Assembly (NCBI GenBank): GCA_020441805.1
Contig: JAGRLJ010000114.1
Span: 1 to 43,192 of the forward strand
From: Rhizobiaceae bacterium
GTDB lineage: Bacteria > Pseudomonadota > Alphaproteobacteria > Rhizobiales > Rhizobiaceae
Direction of reading: 5' to 3'
DNA: 43,192 nucleotides
Shown: positions 19,808 to 28,351 of the stretch, piece by piece
Layout: each line of letters starts with the position of its first letter
How positions within the stretch are numbered: the stretch's first letter is position 1
Notes under the pieces: generated by a model
Databases searched by the model: none
The model's input: the letters and a program-made list of their open reading frames with translations, nothing else
Told to the model about the DNA's origin: nothing
Translations under genes and position numbers: made by a program

Positions 19808-19823
19808 TCGACAAAAAGTCGAT
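19808..19823. promoter_or_regulatory. Palindrome TCGAC-AAAAA-GTCGA upstream of the RTX gene
   Basis: tcgacaaaaagtcgat lies about 95 bp upstream of ATG 19713 and differs by one base from the palindrome at 16003-16019. Confidence 0.35.
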
Positions 19824-20026
19824 TACGGTTTCGATTCTGATTGAATGGGGGCGGTCTTGCTTCGGCTCCATCGCCGGCTCTTCGTCTTGCGGTTCACCCG
19901 ATTTTGGGTGCGCGGCGGCCGAATCCGCATCAACCGACGGTCGCCGGGATGTTTCGGATTGCGGTCGCGATTCCTCGCCGGCGGCCACCGGCAAGTCGAG
20001 GCCGAAGCAGCCGACTTTCCAGCGGC

Positions 20027-20512
20027 TCAATCGATGAAGTCGGCATCGCTCCTGCGGGCGACGTACTCGGCAAGGGCCCGGGAGGCTTCCGCCTTCACCG
20101 CCGACGCGATCCAGTAGGAGAACATCTCGTCGTCGCGCGGCTCGAGCCCGGCGCAGGCGACGACGATCCCCTCGATGACGGCGCTGCCCGAATAGACCGT
20201 GTCGCCGGCTTGCAAATGATGCGGCGCGAGAGCGGCCGTCGGCAATCCGGTGCGGGCCGACATTTCGGCCTTCTTCAGCGCGATATCCATGTTCGGATAT
20301 GGCGAGCGCGACAGATCCCCGATTGAGGCGACCAGATGGCAGCGCGCGCGGAATGGCGCCTGTCCGGCCGGAGGGCCGACCGCGTCCGTGGCCGCGACGA
20401 CGACCGCGCATCCGAGGCGATCCGGCATTGCTTCGCGCATCATCAGTTCCAGCGCCGGCCGTACCTTCTCGAAGGCGCGCCGCGCCAATGCTTCGTTCAG
20501 AATTGATGCCAT
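20027..20512 (-). CDS. Hypothetical protein, GlcG/HbpS (heme-binding-like) fold
   Basis: IALKKAEMSARTG resembles the GlcG IA..KA.TA motif, and GSAVIEGIVVACAGL...DDE resembles the family's C-terminal G..v.gi.vg.sG...D pattern. GAGGAGG RBS. Last gene of the operon. Confidence 0.6.
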   Translation of the reverse strand: MASILNEALARRAFEKVRPALELMMREAMPDRLGCAVVVAATDAVGPPAGQAPFRARCHLVASIGDLSRSPYPNMDIALKKAEMSARTGLPTAALAPHHLQAGDTVYSGSAVIEGIVVACAGLEPRDDEMFSYWIASAVKAEASRALAEYVARRSDADFID

Positions 20513-20524
20513 GACGGCCTCCTC

Positions 20525-22021
20525 TCAGACGACTCCCGCCCAGGTCGTCCGGCGCCAGTCGGCGCAGGTGATGGGCGAACCGTCGACAAATCCGGCGGCG
20601 GTGACCGCTCCGGCACGCATGTCGCCATCGTCCATCTCGACCACATCGTGGCCAAGCGCCGCCAGTTCCGCGCATTGCGGGTGGCTCCTTTCAATGAGCA
20701 GCTTGCCGTTCTCGCTGCGCCAGCGCGGACGGTCGATCACCTTGGCGAGATCGATCCCTTCAATGGCCAGGCCGCCGATCACCTGGAGCAGCGTCTGCAC
20801 CTGCCCGTCCGCGCCGGGGGTCGACAAGGCGATCGGGCCGCGTGGCGTCTCCAGGATCGCCGGCGCCAGCGTATGGACCGGACGCTTGCCCGGGGCGGCG
20901 TCGTTGGGCGCTCCGGTGAAGCCGCCGGCCCGATTGTTGAGCGTGAAGCCGAATTCGGGCACGAAAACCCCGGACCCGAAATCATCGAACACACTGACCA
21001 GCGAGGAGATGCAGCAGCCGTGCCGGTCCGCGACGGCGACACCCGCCGTATGGAGATAGGCGCGGGGGCCGCCCCGGTTCCCGGCCCGGTTCAGGTCGAG
21101 CGTCAACGGCTCGGTCAGCAAACTTTCACCCTCGGTGACTCGATCGCGGAAAGCGAAACTCGCCTCGGTCAGTTCGATACCGGCATGGTCCAGCCTGTTG
21201 CGCGGAATCTTTCCCAGCCCGGACAGCGCCTTGGCCGACATGGCGAGCAAAACCCCCTGCGTGATGGGCGGCTGCACATGCAGGCGCATGCCACGGAAAT
21301 CGACGGCGACAGGATCGGAGACCACGGTTCGATGCGACCGCAGGTCGTCGAGGCTCAGCGCGCCCCCATGCGCCTGTACCGCCTTGACGATGGCTCCGGC
21401 GCATATGCCGGAATAGAAGGCATGGTCTTTCTCCTTGACGATACGGTCCAGCAATGTCGCCAGCTCTTCCTGGACGACCAGATCCCCCGCCGCCGCCGAG
21501 AGAAGGTGCCATTGGCCCGCGCCGTAGCGCTCCAGCCGGGCGCGATGGCGCTGGAGCGCCATGGCCAGCGAGGGAGGCATGGGCATCTTCTGGCGCGCCA
21601 GCCGGATGGCCGGCTGCATCACGAGATGCGGCGGAAGGCGGCCATAGCTGTCCAGAAGCGCGAACCATGCGCCGACCATCCCCGGCACGGTCACACTCGC
21701 CCCGCCCTCATCGCTGACCGCCTTGAGGTTCTGTGGCGCGGCGCCGGTGCCGTTGAAGGCGCGGATCCGCCCATGGGGCTCGCGCACGAGGCACAGCATG
21801 TCGCCGCCCAGCCCGCAGGCATCCGGCGCGACGACCGCCAGCACCGCCTGGGCCGCGACCAGCGCATCGGCGGCGCTGCCGCCGGCCGTCAGGATTTCCT
21901 GCGCAGCGGCGACGGCGAACGGGTCAGCCGCGGCAACGGCTCCGATCCGTCCGGTCAATACCGGTCTCTCCCTGGATGCGAATGCATTGGCAATCATGGA
22001 CTTCTCCCAAGGCTTCGTCAT
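20525..22021 (-). CDS. Gamma-glutamyltranspeptidase-family Ntn hydrolase (HpxW/YwrD-like subgroup)
   Basis: GGSAADA, CGLGGD, SVTVPG.V.AW, candidate nucleophile Thr in YLH-TAGVAVAD, FGSG...PE.GF.LNNR, PGKRPVHTL.P and TPGADGQ.Q. Confidence 0.85.
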   Translation of the reverse strand: MTKPWEKSMIANAFASRERPVLTGRIGAVAAADPFAVAAAQEILTAGGSAADALVAAQAVLAVVAPDACGLGGDMLCLVREPHGRIRAFNGTGAAPQNLKAVSDEGGASVTVPGMVGAWFALLDSYGRLPPHLVMQPAIRLARQKMPMPPSLAMALQRHRARLERYGAGQWHLLSAAAGDLVVQEELATLLDRIVKEKDHAFYSGICAGAIVKAVQAHGGALSLDDLRSHRTVVSDPVAVDFRGMRLHVQPPITQGVLLAMSAKALSGLGKIPRNRLDHAGIELTEASFAFRDRVTEGESLLTEPLTLDLNRAGNRGGPRAYLHTAGVAVADRHGCCISSLVSVFDDFGSGVFVPEFGFTLNNRAGGFTGAPNDAAPGKRPVHTLAPAILETPRGPIALSTPGADGQVQTLLQVIGGLAIEGIDLAKVIDRPRWRSENGKLLIERSHPQCAELAALGHDVVEMDDGDMRAGAVTAAGFVDGSPITCADWRRTTWAGVV

Positions 22022-22761
22022 ACCGCTGTGTAGCCTCCATCAACGACGACCGACGTTCCGGTCACGTAGCGAGACGCCGGGGAAGCCAGAAACAGCACGG
22101 TTCCGGCGACATCTTCCGGCGTTCCCTGCCGGCGCATCGGAATCTGGCGCAGGAGCTCGCGCTCCGCCGCGACGGGGTCGGCCTGGAACGACCAGAAGGA
22201 GTCGTTGAACGGCGTGTCGATCCAGCCCGGCAGCAGGCAGTTCACGCGCGTTCCCTGTCCGGCAAGCTCGTCGGCAAGAGCCCGGCAGAGCCCGAGCAGG
22301 CCCGATTTCGTCGCGTGATAGGCGGGCATTCCCGCATGCCCGCGCAGCGCGCCCGTCGAGGCCGTGAAGATGATGCTGCCATTGTCGGAACCGGCAAGCG
22401 CGGGTGCTGCGGCCTGAGCCAGGAAGAACGGACTCGACAGGTTGAGCGACAGGGACCGCCGCCAGCGTTCGGGTGTCCAGTCCTGGAGCGGCGCCGATTC
22501 CAGGATCGCCGCGTTGGAGAAGACGCAATCCAGCCGGCCGAACGCATCCAGCGCGGCCTGGACAGCCGTCTTCGGTCCTTCATCCGTGGAAAGGTCGCAG
22601 ATGAGGGTCCGTATCTCGCCCTGGCCGGGCTCCGACGCCGCCTGCGCGGCGCGGATGCCGTCGATATCGGCGAGGAGCACTGAATCGCCTTGCGCGCGAA
22701 AGGCGCGCAGCGCTGCGAGGCCAATGCCCGACGAGCCTCCCGCGATCAGAACAACCCCCAT
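22018..22761 (-). CDS. Short-chain dehydrogenase/reductase
   Basis: AGGSSGIG, NAA, YHATK, RVNCLLPG.IDT and VDGG. Confidence 0.9.
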   Translation of the reverse strand: MGVVLIAGGSSGIGLAALRAFRAQGDSVLLADIDGIRAAQAASEPGQGEIRTLICDLSTDEGPKTAVQAALDAFGRLDCVFSNAAILESAPLQDWTPERWRRSLSLNLSSPFFLAQAAAPALAGSDNGSIIFTASTGALRGHAGMPAYHATKSGLLGLCRALADELAGQGTRVNCLLPGWIDTPFNDSFWSFQADPVAAERELLRQIPMRRQGTPEDVAGTVLFLASPASRYVTGTSVVVDGGYTAV

Positions 22762-22764
22762 CGA

Positions 22765-23997
22765 TCACTCCTCCGGTTGTTGGCCGGACGCTGCGCAAAG
22801 ACCCAGCGCGGCCGCGAAGTAAACCGCCGCGCAATCCACGACATCGTCCTCGAAAACATAGTCGTCGATGCCAGAGGCCAGTTCGGCCTGCGGCCCGTAG
22901 CACACCGCCGGAACGCCGCGCGCCCGCCAGCGGGCGGCATCGCTCGCCGGAAGCCGGACGACGGGGAACGACGGCCTGCCACGCAGGCCCGAGCTGGCGG
23001 CGTCCATGGCGCGGCTGAGTGGATGGTCGATCGCGGTCCAGTTCGGATTCCAGCCCTTGATGCGCCGCATTTCGATGCCGCCGATACGCTCCGCCTCGTT
23101 CCGTAACCGATCCTCTATCGCTTCGATGGTCAGTCCGGGAGGAACGCGGAAATCGATTTCGGCGATGGCGCGGGTTGCGACCTGGCTGACGAAGCCGACC
23201 GCCTGCAAGGTCCCCGTGTTCGCCGAGAGCCTGAGGCCGTGCTGGCCGGCCATCAGGCCCTCGATGTCCGTGGGAGGACGGCAATGGTCGTCGTTCCAGG
23301 TGTCGACGATGGTGAGGAACTTCGCCAGCCGGGCCGTTGCCGACGTACCGGGTTGCGTGAGCATGCCCTGCCCGCCGGGCGCGGAGGCCTCGACGGCGAC
23401 CCACAGCAGGCCCTTCTCAGCCACCGCGAGGTTCATGTGGCCGGGTCCTTCGGCATTGATGAGGAAGTCGCCGACAAGATCCGGCTCCCTGTCCAGCAGG
23501 AATGCGGCACCGTCCGGACCGAACACAACTTCATCGGCGACAAGGGTCAGGGTGATCCGGCCCCGCAACCTGGAGCGCTGCGCATGGAGGCCGCAAAAAG
23601 CCATGGCGAGCGCGGCCACTCCTGCCTTCATGTTTCCAATTCCCAGTCCGGTCAGACGCCCTTCCTTCCGATCCATTTCAAAGACCGGCACCGTCCAGGC
23701 CGCTTCATCTCCGGGATTCAGCGTGTCGAGATGTCCGTTGAAGACAAGATGGGGACCTGTTCCGGCGCCTTCGAACGAACAGACGAGGTTGGGCTTGCCG
23801 GGTTTGGCGGCCACGATGCGCGGGTTCAACCCATATTGTTCGAGGAATGCCTTCAACACGTCCAGGGGGGCGGTGGTGTCGCCCTCCGGTTGGGGACTGC
23901 GCGCGGCGACCAGTTGCGCGCAGAGCTCGATCAGATGCTCCCGAGCGGTTTCGGAGAAGCGTTTCGCCAGCGCGATATCGTCCATGGTGGGGATCAT
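22765..23997 (-). CDS. M20/ArgE-DapE family amidohydrolase with altered metal ligands
   Basis: FNGHLDT, G.G..NMKAG, VADEV, NAEG and AEKG, followed by the dimerisation domain (DFRVPPG). The start MIPTMDD overlaps the upstream stop (TGATG). Confidence 0.82.
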   Translation of the reverse strand: MIPTMDDIALAKRFSETAREHLIELCAQLVAARSPQPEGDTTAPLDVLKAFLEQYGLNPRIVAAKPGKPNLVCSFEGAGTGPHLVFNGHLDTLNPGDEAAWTVPVFEMDRKEGRLTGLGIGNMKAGVAALAMAFCGLHAQRSRLRGRITLTLVADEVVFGPDGAAFLLDREPDLVGDFLINAEGPGHMNLAVAEKGLLWVAVEASAPGGQGMLTQPGTSATARLAKFLTIVDTWNDDHCRPPTDIEGLMAGQHGLRLSANTGTLQAVGFVSQVATRAIAEIDFRVPPGLTIEAIEDRLRNEAERIGGIEMRRIKGWNPNWTAIDHPLSRAMDAASSGLRGRPSFPVVRLPASDAARWRARGVPAVCYGPQAELASGIDDYVFEDDVVDCAAVYFAAALGLCAASGQQPEE

Positions 23998-24794
23998 CAG
24001 CCGACCTGCCATCCACCGTCGGTCACGAGCGATTGCCCGGCGACGTAACGCCCGAGATCCGATGCGAGATAGACATAGCTGGCCGCGACCTCCTCCGCCG
24101 TGCCGAGCTTGCCGACAGGGATCCTGGCTTCGAATGCCTCCCGCAAGGCCGACGCGCTGACCCCTTGCAGCCTGGCGCGTTCGTCGAACAGCGCATGAAG
24201 CATGTGACTCTCGATCTGTCCGGGGCAGACGCAGTTGACGAGGATGCCCTTTCCCGCGAGTTCCGCCGCGAGGCATTGCATCAGGCCGATCATGCCGAAT
24301 TTCGATGCGGAATAGGCGCTGTTTTCGCGTCCGCCGCGCAGGCCGAAGATCGAAGACGTGAAGATGATCCGGCCGGGGCGCCCTGCGGCGACCATGCGCC
24401 GCGCGAACGAGGTCGCGGTGATGAAAGCGCCGGTGAGGTTTACATCCAATATCCTGCGCCAGGTCGCGATATCCGTTTCGATGCCCAGTTTCAGCGCCAG
24501 TATGCCGGCGTTGGGAACCACGATATCGACGCCTCCATTCGCAAACAGGGTGTCGGCGACGCGTTCGGTGGCATCGAAATCCGCGACGTCCAGAGCGACG
24601 ACCTCCGTTTTTCCGGGCGTGACGGAGTCGAGTTGCGCCCTGGCCGCGTCGAGGGAGCGCCCGTCAATGTCGGCAACGATCACCCCGGCGCCCTGTCGGA
24701 GGAACGCCTCGGCCACCGCCAGGCCGATGCCCTGGGCGCCGCCGGTGATGAAGGCCGTCTTTCCGGTGAGTAGCGAGTTATTCCCGACGTTCAT
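23997..24794 (-). CDS. Short-chain dehydrogenase/reductase
   Basis: TGGAQGIG, NAG, VNLTG, S...YSASK, VN.VCPG and DGG. Confidence 0.9.
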   Translation of the reverse strand: MNVGNNSLLTGKTAFITGGAQGIGLAVAEAFLRQGAGVIVADIDGRSLDAARAQLDSVTPGKTEVVALDVADFDATERVADTLFANGGVDIVVPNAGILALKLGIETDIATWRRILDVNLTGAFITATSFARRMVAAGRPGRIIFTSSIFGLRGGRENSAYSASKFGMIGLMQCLAAELAGKGILVNCVCPGQIESHMLHALFDERARLQGVSASALREAFEARIPVGKLGTAEEVAASYVYLASDLGRYVAGQSLVTDGGWQVG

Positions 24795-24806
24795 GCATTT
24801 CCCCTT

Positions 24807-26024
24807 TCAGGCGGCGACACTTTCGGATGCGCGGCCGACGATGCGCTGGTAGGTCTCTTCGTCCGTCGCCCCTTCGCTGCCGATCGCGACGATCCGCGAT
24901 TGCGTATCGATGCCGAGCAAGTCGCGCAGCTTCGGATCCAGCGCCGCCGCGATCAGGCCCGCGGTCGCGGCGCAGCCGGATTCTCCGGCGACGATCGGCG
25001 GATCGCCGGCGACGCCGCTCGCGAGCAGCCGCATCGCCTCCGCGGCGGCTTCTTCCGGAAGCGCGATCACGCTGTCCACGGCATGCCGCATGATGACCCA
25101 GGCGGGCGCGGAGACCTCGCCGGCCGCCAGGCAGGCCATCACGGTGTTGGTATCGCCCGGTACCTGCGTCGGGCGCCCCGCCGCGATGCTGCGGAAGACG
25201 CAATTGGCCCGTTGCGGTTCCACGACGACGATGGTCGGACGTTCCGCGCCGAGCAGTTCCCAGTAATGCGCGGCGATAGCCGCGGCCAGGCCGCCGACGC
25301 CGGCCTGCACGAAGACATGCGTCGGCTTCCCGTTCTCCAACTGGCCAATTATCTCGTCGGCGATGAGGGTATAGCCCTGCATGATCAATGCGGGGACATG
25401 GGCGCCGGGATCGTTGGAGGTGTCCCCGGCGAGATGCCATCCGTTGGCGGCGCAATCCGCGGCACATGCAAGAACCGAGTCGTCATAATGTCCTTTCACT
25501 CGGACGATGCGGGCGCCGAAGCGGGCGATCTCGCTTTCCCGGGCGCGGCTGACATGGGCGTGCAGATAGATCACGCACTGGCATCCGAACAGCTGCGCTC
25601 CCCATGCCACGGAGCGGCCGTGATTCCCGTCGGTTGCGGCGGCGACGATAACCTGCTGCACCAGCGCGCGATGCTTGCCGGCGATAAGGTCCCCGGCGGT
25701 CACGCGATCCGTAATGCCTTGAGCAGCCAGATATTCCTGCAATATCACCAGCACCGCATAGGCGCCGCCGATGGCCTTGAAGCTCTTTAGTCCCAGGCGC
25801 TGGCCCTCGTCCTTGTAGAATACTTTCCCGACGTCAAGCTGTTGCGCCAGGCCCTTGAGATCGATGAGGGGGGTTTCCCCGTAACCCGGCCAGGACGATA
25901 TCTCGGCATGGGCCCTGCGAAAACCCTCGTGACTCAGGACGCGTCGCTCGGATTCGCCATAGGGACGAGAACGGTCTGAATGGGCATTTTGGGTCGCCAA
26001 TGCTTCGAAGCGCTTGAGTTCCAT
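24807..26024 (-). CDS. dpaL: Diaminopropionate ammonia-lyase (PLP, fold type II)
   Basis: TPL..L..LA..L....V.YKDE..R.GL.SFK..GG.YA (PLP lysine), ATDGNHGRSVAW.A, YDD.V, IMQGY, PTHVFVQAGVG.LA, T.MA.LA.GE, GESG.A and SEGATD...Y, all typical of DpaL/YgeX. Confidence 0.88.
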   Translation of the reverse strand: MELKRFEALATQNAHSDRSRPYGESERRVLSHEGFRRAHAEISSWPGYGETPLIDLKGLAQQLDVGKVFYKDEGQRLGLKSFKAIGGAYAVLVILQEYLAAQGITDRVTAGDLIAGKHRALVQQVIVAAATDGNHGRSVAWGAQLFGCQCVIYLHAHVSRARESEIARFGARIVRVKGHYDDSVLACAADCAANGWHLAGDTSNDPGAHVPALIMQGYTLIADEIIGQLENGKPTHVFVQAGVGGLAAAIAAHYWELLGAERPTIVVVEPQRANCVFRSIAAGRPTQVPGDTNTVMACLAAGEVSAPAWVIMRHAVDSVIALPEEAAAEAMRLLASGVAGDPPIVAGESGCAATAGLIAAALDPKLRDLLGIDTQSRIVAIGSEGATDEETYQRIVGRASESVAA

Positions 26025-26046
26025 AAGATAATCTCCGAATTATTAT

Positions 26047-26084
26047 TCCCGAAAGGCCGGGCAGCTTCATACCCGGCCTCGGGA
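26047..26084 (-). other. Intercistronic stem-loop downstream of the substrate-binding-protein gene
   Basis: aggccggg (26054-26061) and cccggcct (26072-26079) form a perfect stem, extended by tccc/ggga. No U-tract follows on the minus strand, so it is more likely an mRNA stability or processing element than a terminator. Confidence 0.45.
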
Positions 26085-26088
26085 CCGG

Positions 26089-26910
26089 TTACTTTTGCTT
26101 GGCCAGCTGCGCGAACCATTTATCGCGCAACTTGACATTGTCTCCATTGCGAACCGCATTGCGGATGAATGTGTTGAGGAAGTTCAGAAGATGGGGATCG
26201 CCGGGCCGCACCGCGTAGGCGAGGCCGACCGGCTTCACGAGGGCGTCCTCTTTATTGAGGATGGTAAGGCGTTCCGTCAGCGCGGGATTGCGGGTCTTGA
26301 GGAGCATGAGCGTGCCGGGATCAAGAAATGCCGCATCCGCCTGCCCCGAGGCGACTTCGCCAATCCACGCGGCGATATCGTTTGTCACGATGCCGCGCAC
26401 ATTGGCCTTCGGAAACAGTTCCTTCGGATAGCTTTCCTCAACGGTGCCGCTCTGACCGACGAACGTAACGTCCGGCGAGTTGAGGGCTTCGATGGAGGTG
26501 ATGCCCTTCTTGGCATTCGTCACGAGATGGAAGCCATAGGTGTCGTAGGGCTCGGTAAAATCGACCACGACCGCGCGCTCGGGCGTGGCGAAGAGATTGG
26601 CGCAGACGATGTCATATTGCTTCGCCTCGAGACCCGGGATGAGCGTTGCCCAGGTCGCGGGAACGATTTCGAGCTCGACGCCGAGAATCTTGGCGAGCTG
26701 GTTCGCCATGTCGACATTGAAGCCTTCATACTGGCCGGTGGTGGGGTTCGGCGCCTGCCATGGCGGGCTTTCGGCCATGCCGACCCTGAAGACTCCCCGG
26801 TCCTTGATCTCCTTGATCATATCGTCGGCCATGGCCGGAACGGTGATCCAGGCCAAGGCCATGACGAGCAGAACCCTGATTAGACCCAGTCGATGCAGCA
26901 GCGATTTCAT
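26089..26910 (-). CDS. Polar amino-acid ABC substrate-binding protein (family 3)
   Basis: Sec signal ending VPAMA, I.DRG.FRVG, G.YEGF..D.A..LA..LGV, W..LIPGL....YDI and TPERA..VDFT.PY. Confidence 0.9.
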   Translation of the reverse strand: MKSLLHRLGLIRVLLVMALAWITVPAMADDMIKEIKDRGVFRVGMAESPPWQAPNPTTGQYEGFNVDMANQLAKILGVELEIVPATWATLIPGLEAKQYDIVCANLFATPERAVVVDFTEPYDTYGFHLVTNAKKGITSIEALNSPDVTFVGQSGTVEESYPKELFPKANVRGIVTNDIAAWIGEVASGQADAAFLDPGTLMLLKTRNPALTERLTILNKEDALVKPVGLAYAVRPGDPHLLNFLNTFIRNAVRNGDNVKLRDKWFAQLAKQK

Positions 26911-26932
26911 GTCATTCCCCTTTTGCTGGTTC

Positions 26933-27661
26933 TTAGGCTTGTAGAGAGCTGTCCATCTGCCTGCGGCGGATCAGACGGAGGAAACCTTGCCGGCGGTTCG
27001 GCGCGTATGCGACGCGTTGCCCAAGCCTTCCCTCGAGCCGGCGCGCATAAAGGGTGATTGGAAAAATCATGGCGAAGTAGATGATCGCGATCGCCGACAG
27101 AAATGTGATGTATTGAAAGGTCTGGCCGCCGAGCAGATAGGCCTGGAGCGAGAGATCCATCACGCCGATGGCGGAGAGCAAGGTCGTGTTCTTCAAGAAC
27201 TCGGTGAAATAGTTCACCAGTGGCGCGATCACCAGTTTGAGCGCTTGCGGGAGGATCACGATCCTCCACCTTGGCGCAAATCCAAGTCCGAGCGCTTTGG
27301 CGGCCTCCTTCTGGCCGCGAGGCACGGCATCGATACCCGCGCGAAAAATCTCGGCCAGATAGGCCGCGCCGATCAATCCCAGGACCGCGGATCCCGACCA
27401 GAAACCGGATACCGTCGCCTGGAAGATCAGCGGTATGCAGTAATAGGCCCAGAAGATCAGGATCACTTCCGGCGTGACGCGGAAGAAAAGGATATAGGAG
27501 CGCGCGCAGGCGCGCAGGATGCCGGAGGACGAGATCCGCATGGCGCAGACCAGGCTGCCGCCGAGGATCGCGATCGTCACGCCGACAAGGGTGATGGCCA
27601 GCGTGACGCCGACGCCGTTCATCAGCGCGCCGCTGTTGCGCAGGATGAGATCAACGTCCAT
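26933..27661 (-). CDS. Polar amino-acid ABC permease (HisM/GlnP-like)
   Basis: FR.TP, AYLAEIFRAGI.AVP.GQ.EAA.ALG, ILPQA and LK.T.L.S.IG. Confidence 0.9.
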   Translation of the reverse strand: MDVDLILRNSGALMNGVGVTLAITLVGVTIAILGGSLVCAMRISSSGILRACARSYILFFRVTPEVILIFWAYYCIPLIFQATVSGFWSGSAVLGLIGAAYLAEIFRAGIDAVPRGQKEAAKALGLGFAPRWRIVILPQALKLVIAPLVNYFTEFLKNTTLLSAIGVMDLSLQAYLLGGQTFQYITFLSAIAIIYFAMIFPITLYARRLEGRLGQRVAYAPNRRQGFLRLIRRRQMDSSLQA

Positions 27662-28346
27662 AGGCGGCCCTTTCCTTCAGGGAGCTCTCCGCATAGTAGC
27701 CGGCAAGGCTGATGGCCGCTCCGACCACGAAGGCCAGAAGTGCCGCGGTTGTGTAGATCTCGACCGGTTGGAAGGTGAAATTCGACAGCCGGCTGGTCGT
27801 TCTGAGCAGGTCGTTGATGGCGAGGACCGAGAGAATTGCCGTCGCCTTGAAGATGCTGATGATCGTTCCGATCAGCGGCCCGAGCATGAGGCGGATCGCC
27901 TGCGGAAGGATCACCGTGCGCCAGGTCGCGTATGTGTGCATCCCGAGCGCGCGGGCCGCCTCGAACTGACCCTTGCCCACACCGAGGATGCCGCCGCGAA
28001 CGATCTCGCTGCAATAGGCGGCGACATTGAAAATCAGTGCAATGGATGCGCTCTGGAACGGTGTCGTCGAAAATCCCGTCAGACCGGGGACGGCAAAATG
28101 CACCCAGATGGCCTGGACGAGCAGCGGCGTCGATCGCCAGAACTCGACGAAGGCCAGCGCCGGCCATCGAACAAGACGGCTCGTCGAAAGATTGGCCACC
28201 GCCAACATCGTGCCGACAAAGACTCCGCCGCAAAGAAAGCCGATGCCGGTCAGCAGGATATTCGTGAGCAGACCTGCCAGCAGCACCGGGAGGTAGGTCC
28301 ATGCGACCGAGAAATCCAGTGATTGCAGGAAGGCGTAATCGATCAT
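27651..28346 (-). CDS. Polar amino-acid ABC permease (HisQ/GlnP-like)
   Basis: VEFWR.TPLLVQ, AY.SEIVRGGI..V..GQ.EAA.ALG and ILPQA. Start taken at MIDYAF (28346). Confidence 0.9.
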   Translation of the reverse strand: MIDYAFLQSLDFSVAWTYLPVLLAGLLTNILLTGIGFLCGGVFVGTMLAVANLSTSRLVRWPALAFVEFWRSTPLLVQAIWVHFAVPGLTGFSTTPFQSASIALIFNVAAYCSEIVRGGILGVGKGQFEAARALGMHTYATWRTVILPQAIRLMLGPLIGTIISIFKATAILSVLAINDLLRTTSRLSNFTFQPVEIYTTAALLAFVVGAAISLAGYYAESSLKERAAYGR

Positions 28347-28351
28347 CGCCG

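Noticed and set aside
19765-20037. Small ORFs in the RTX/GlcG intergenic region
   Set aside because: They have no RBS or motifs and read like non-coding sequence.
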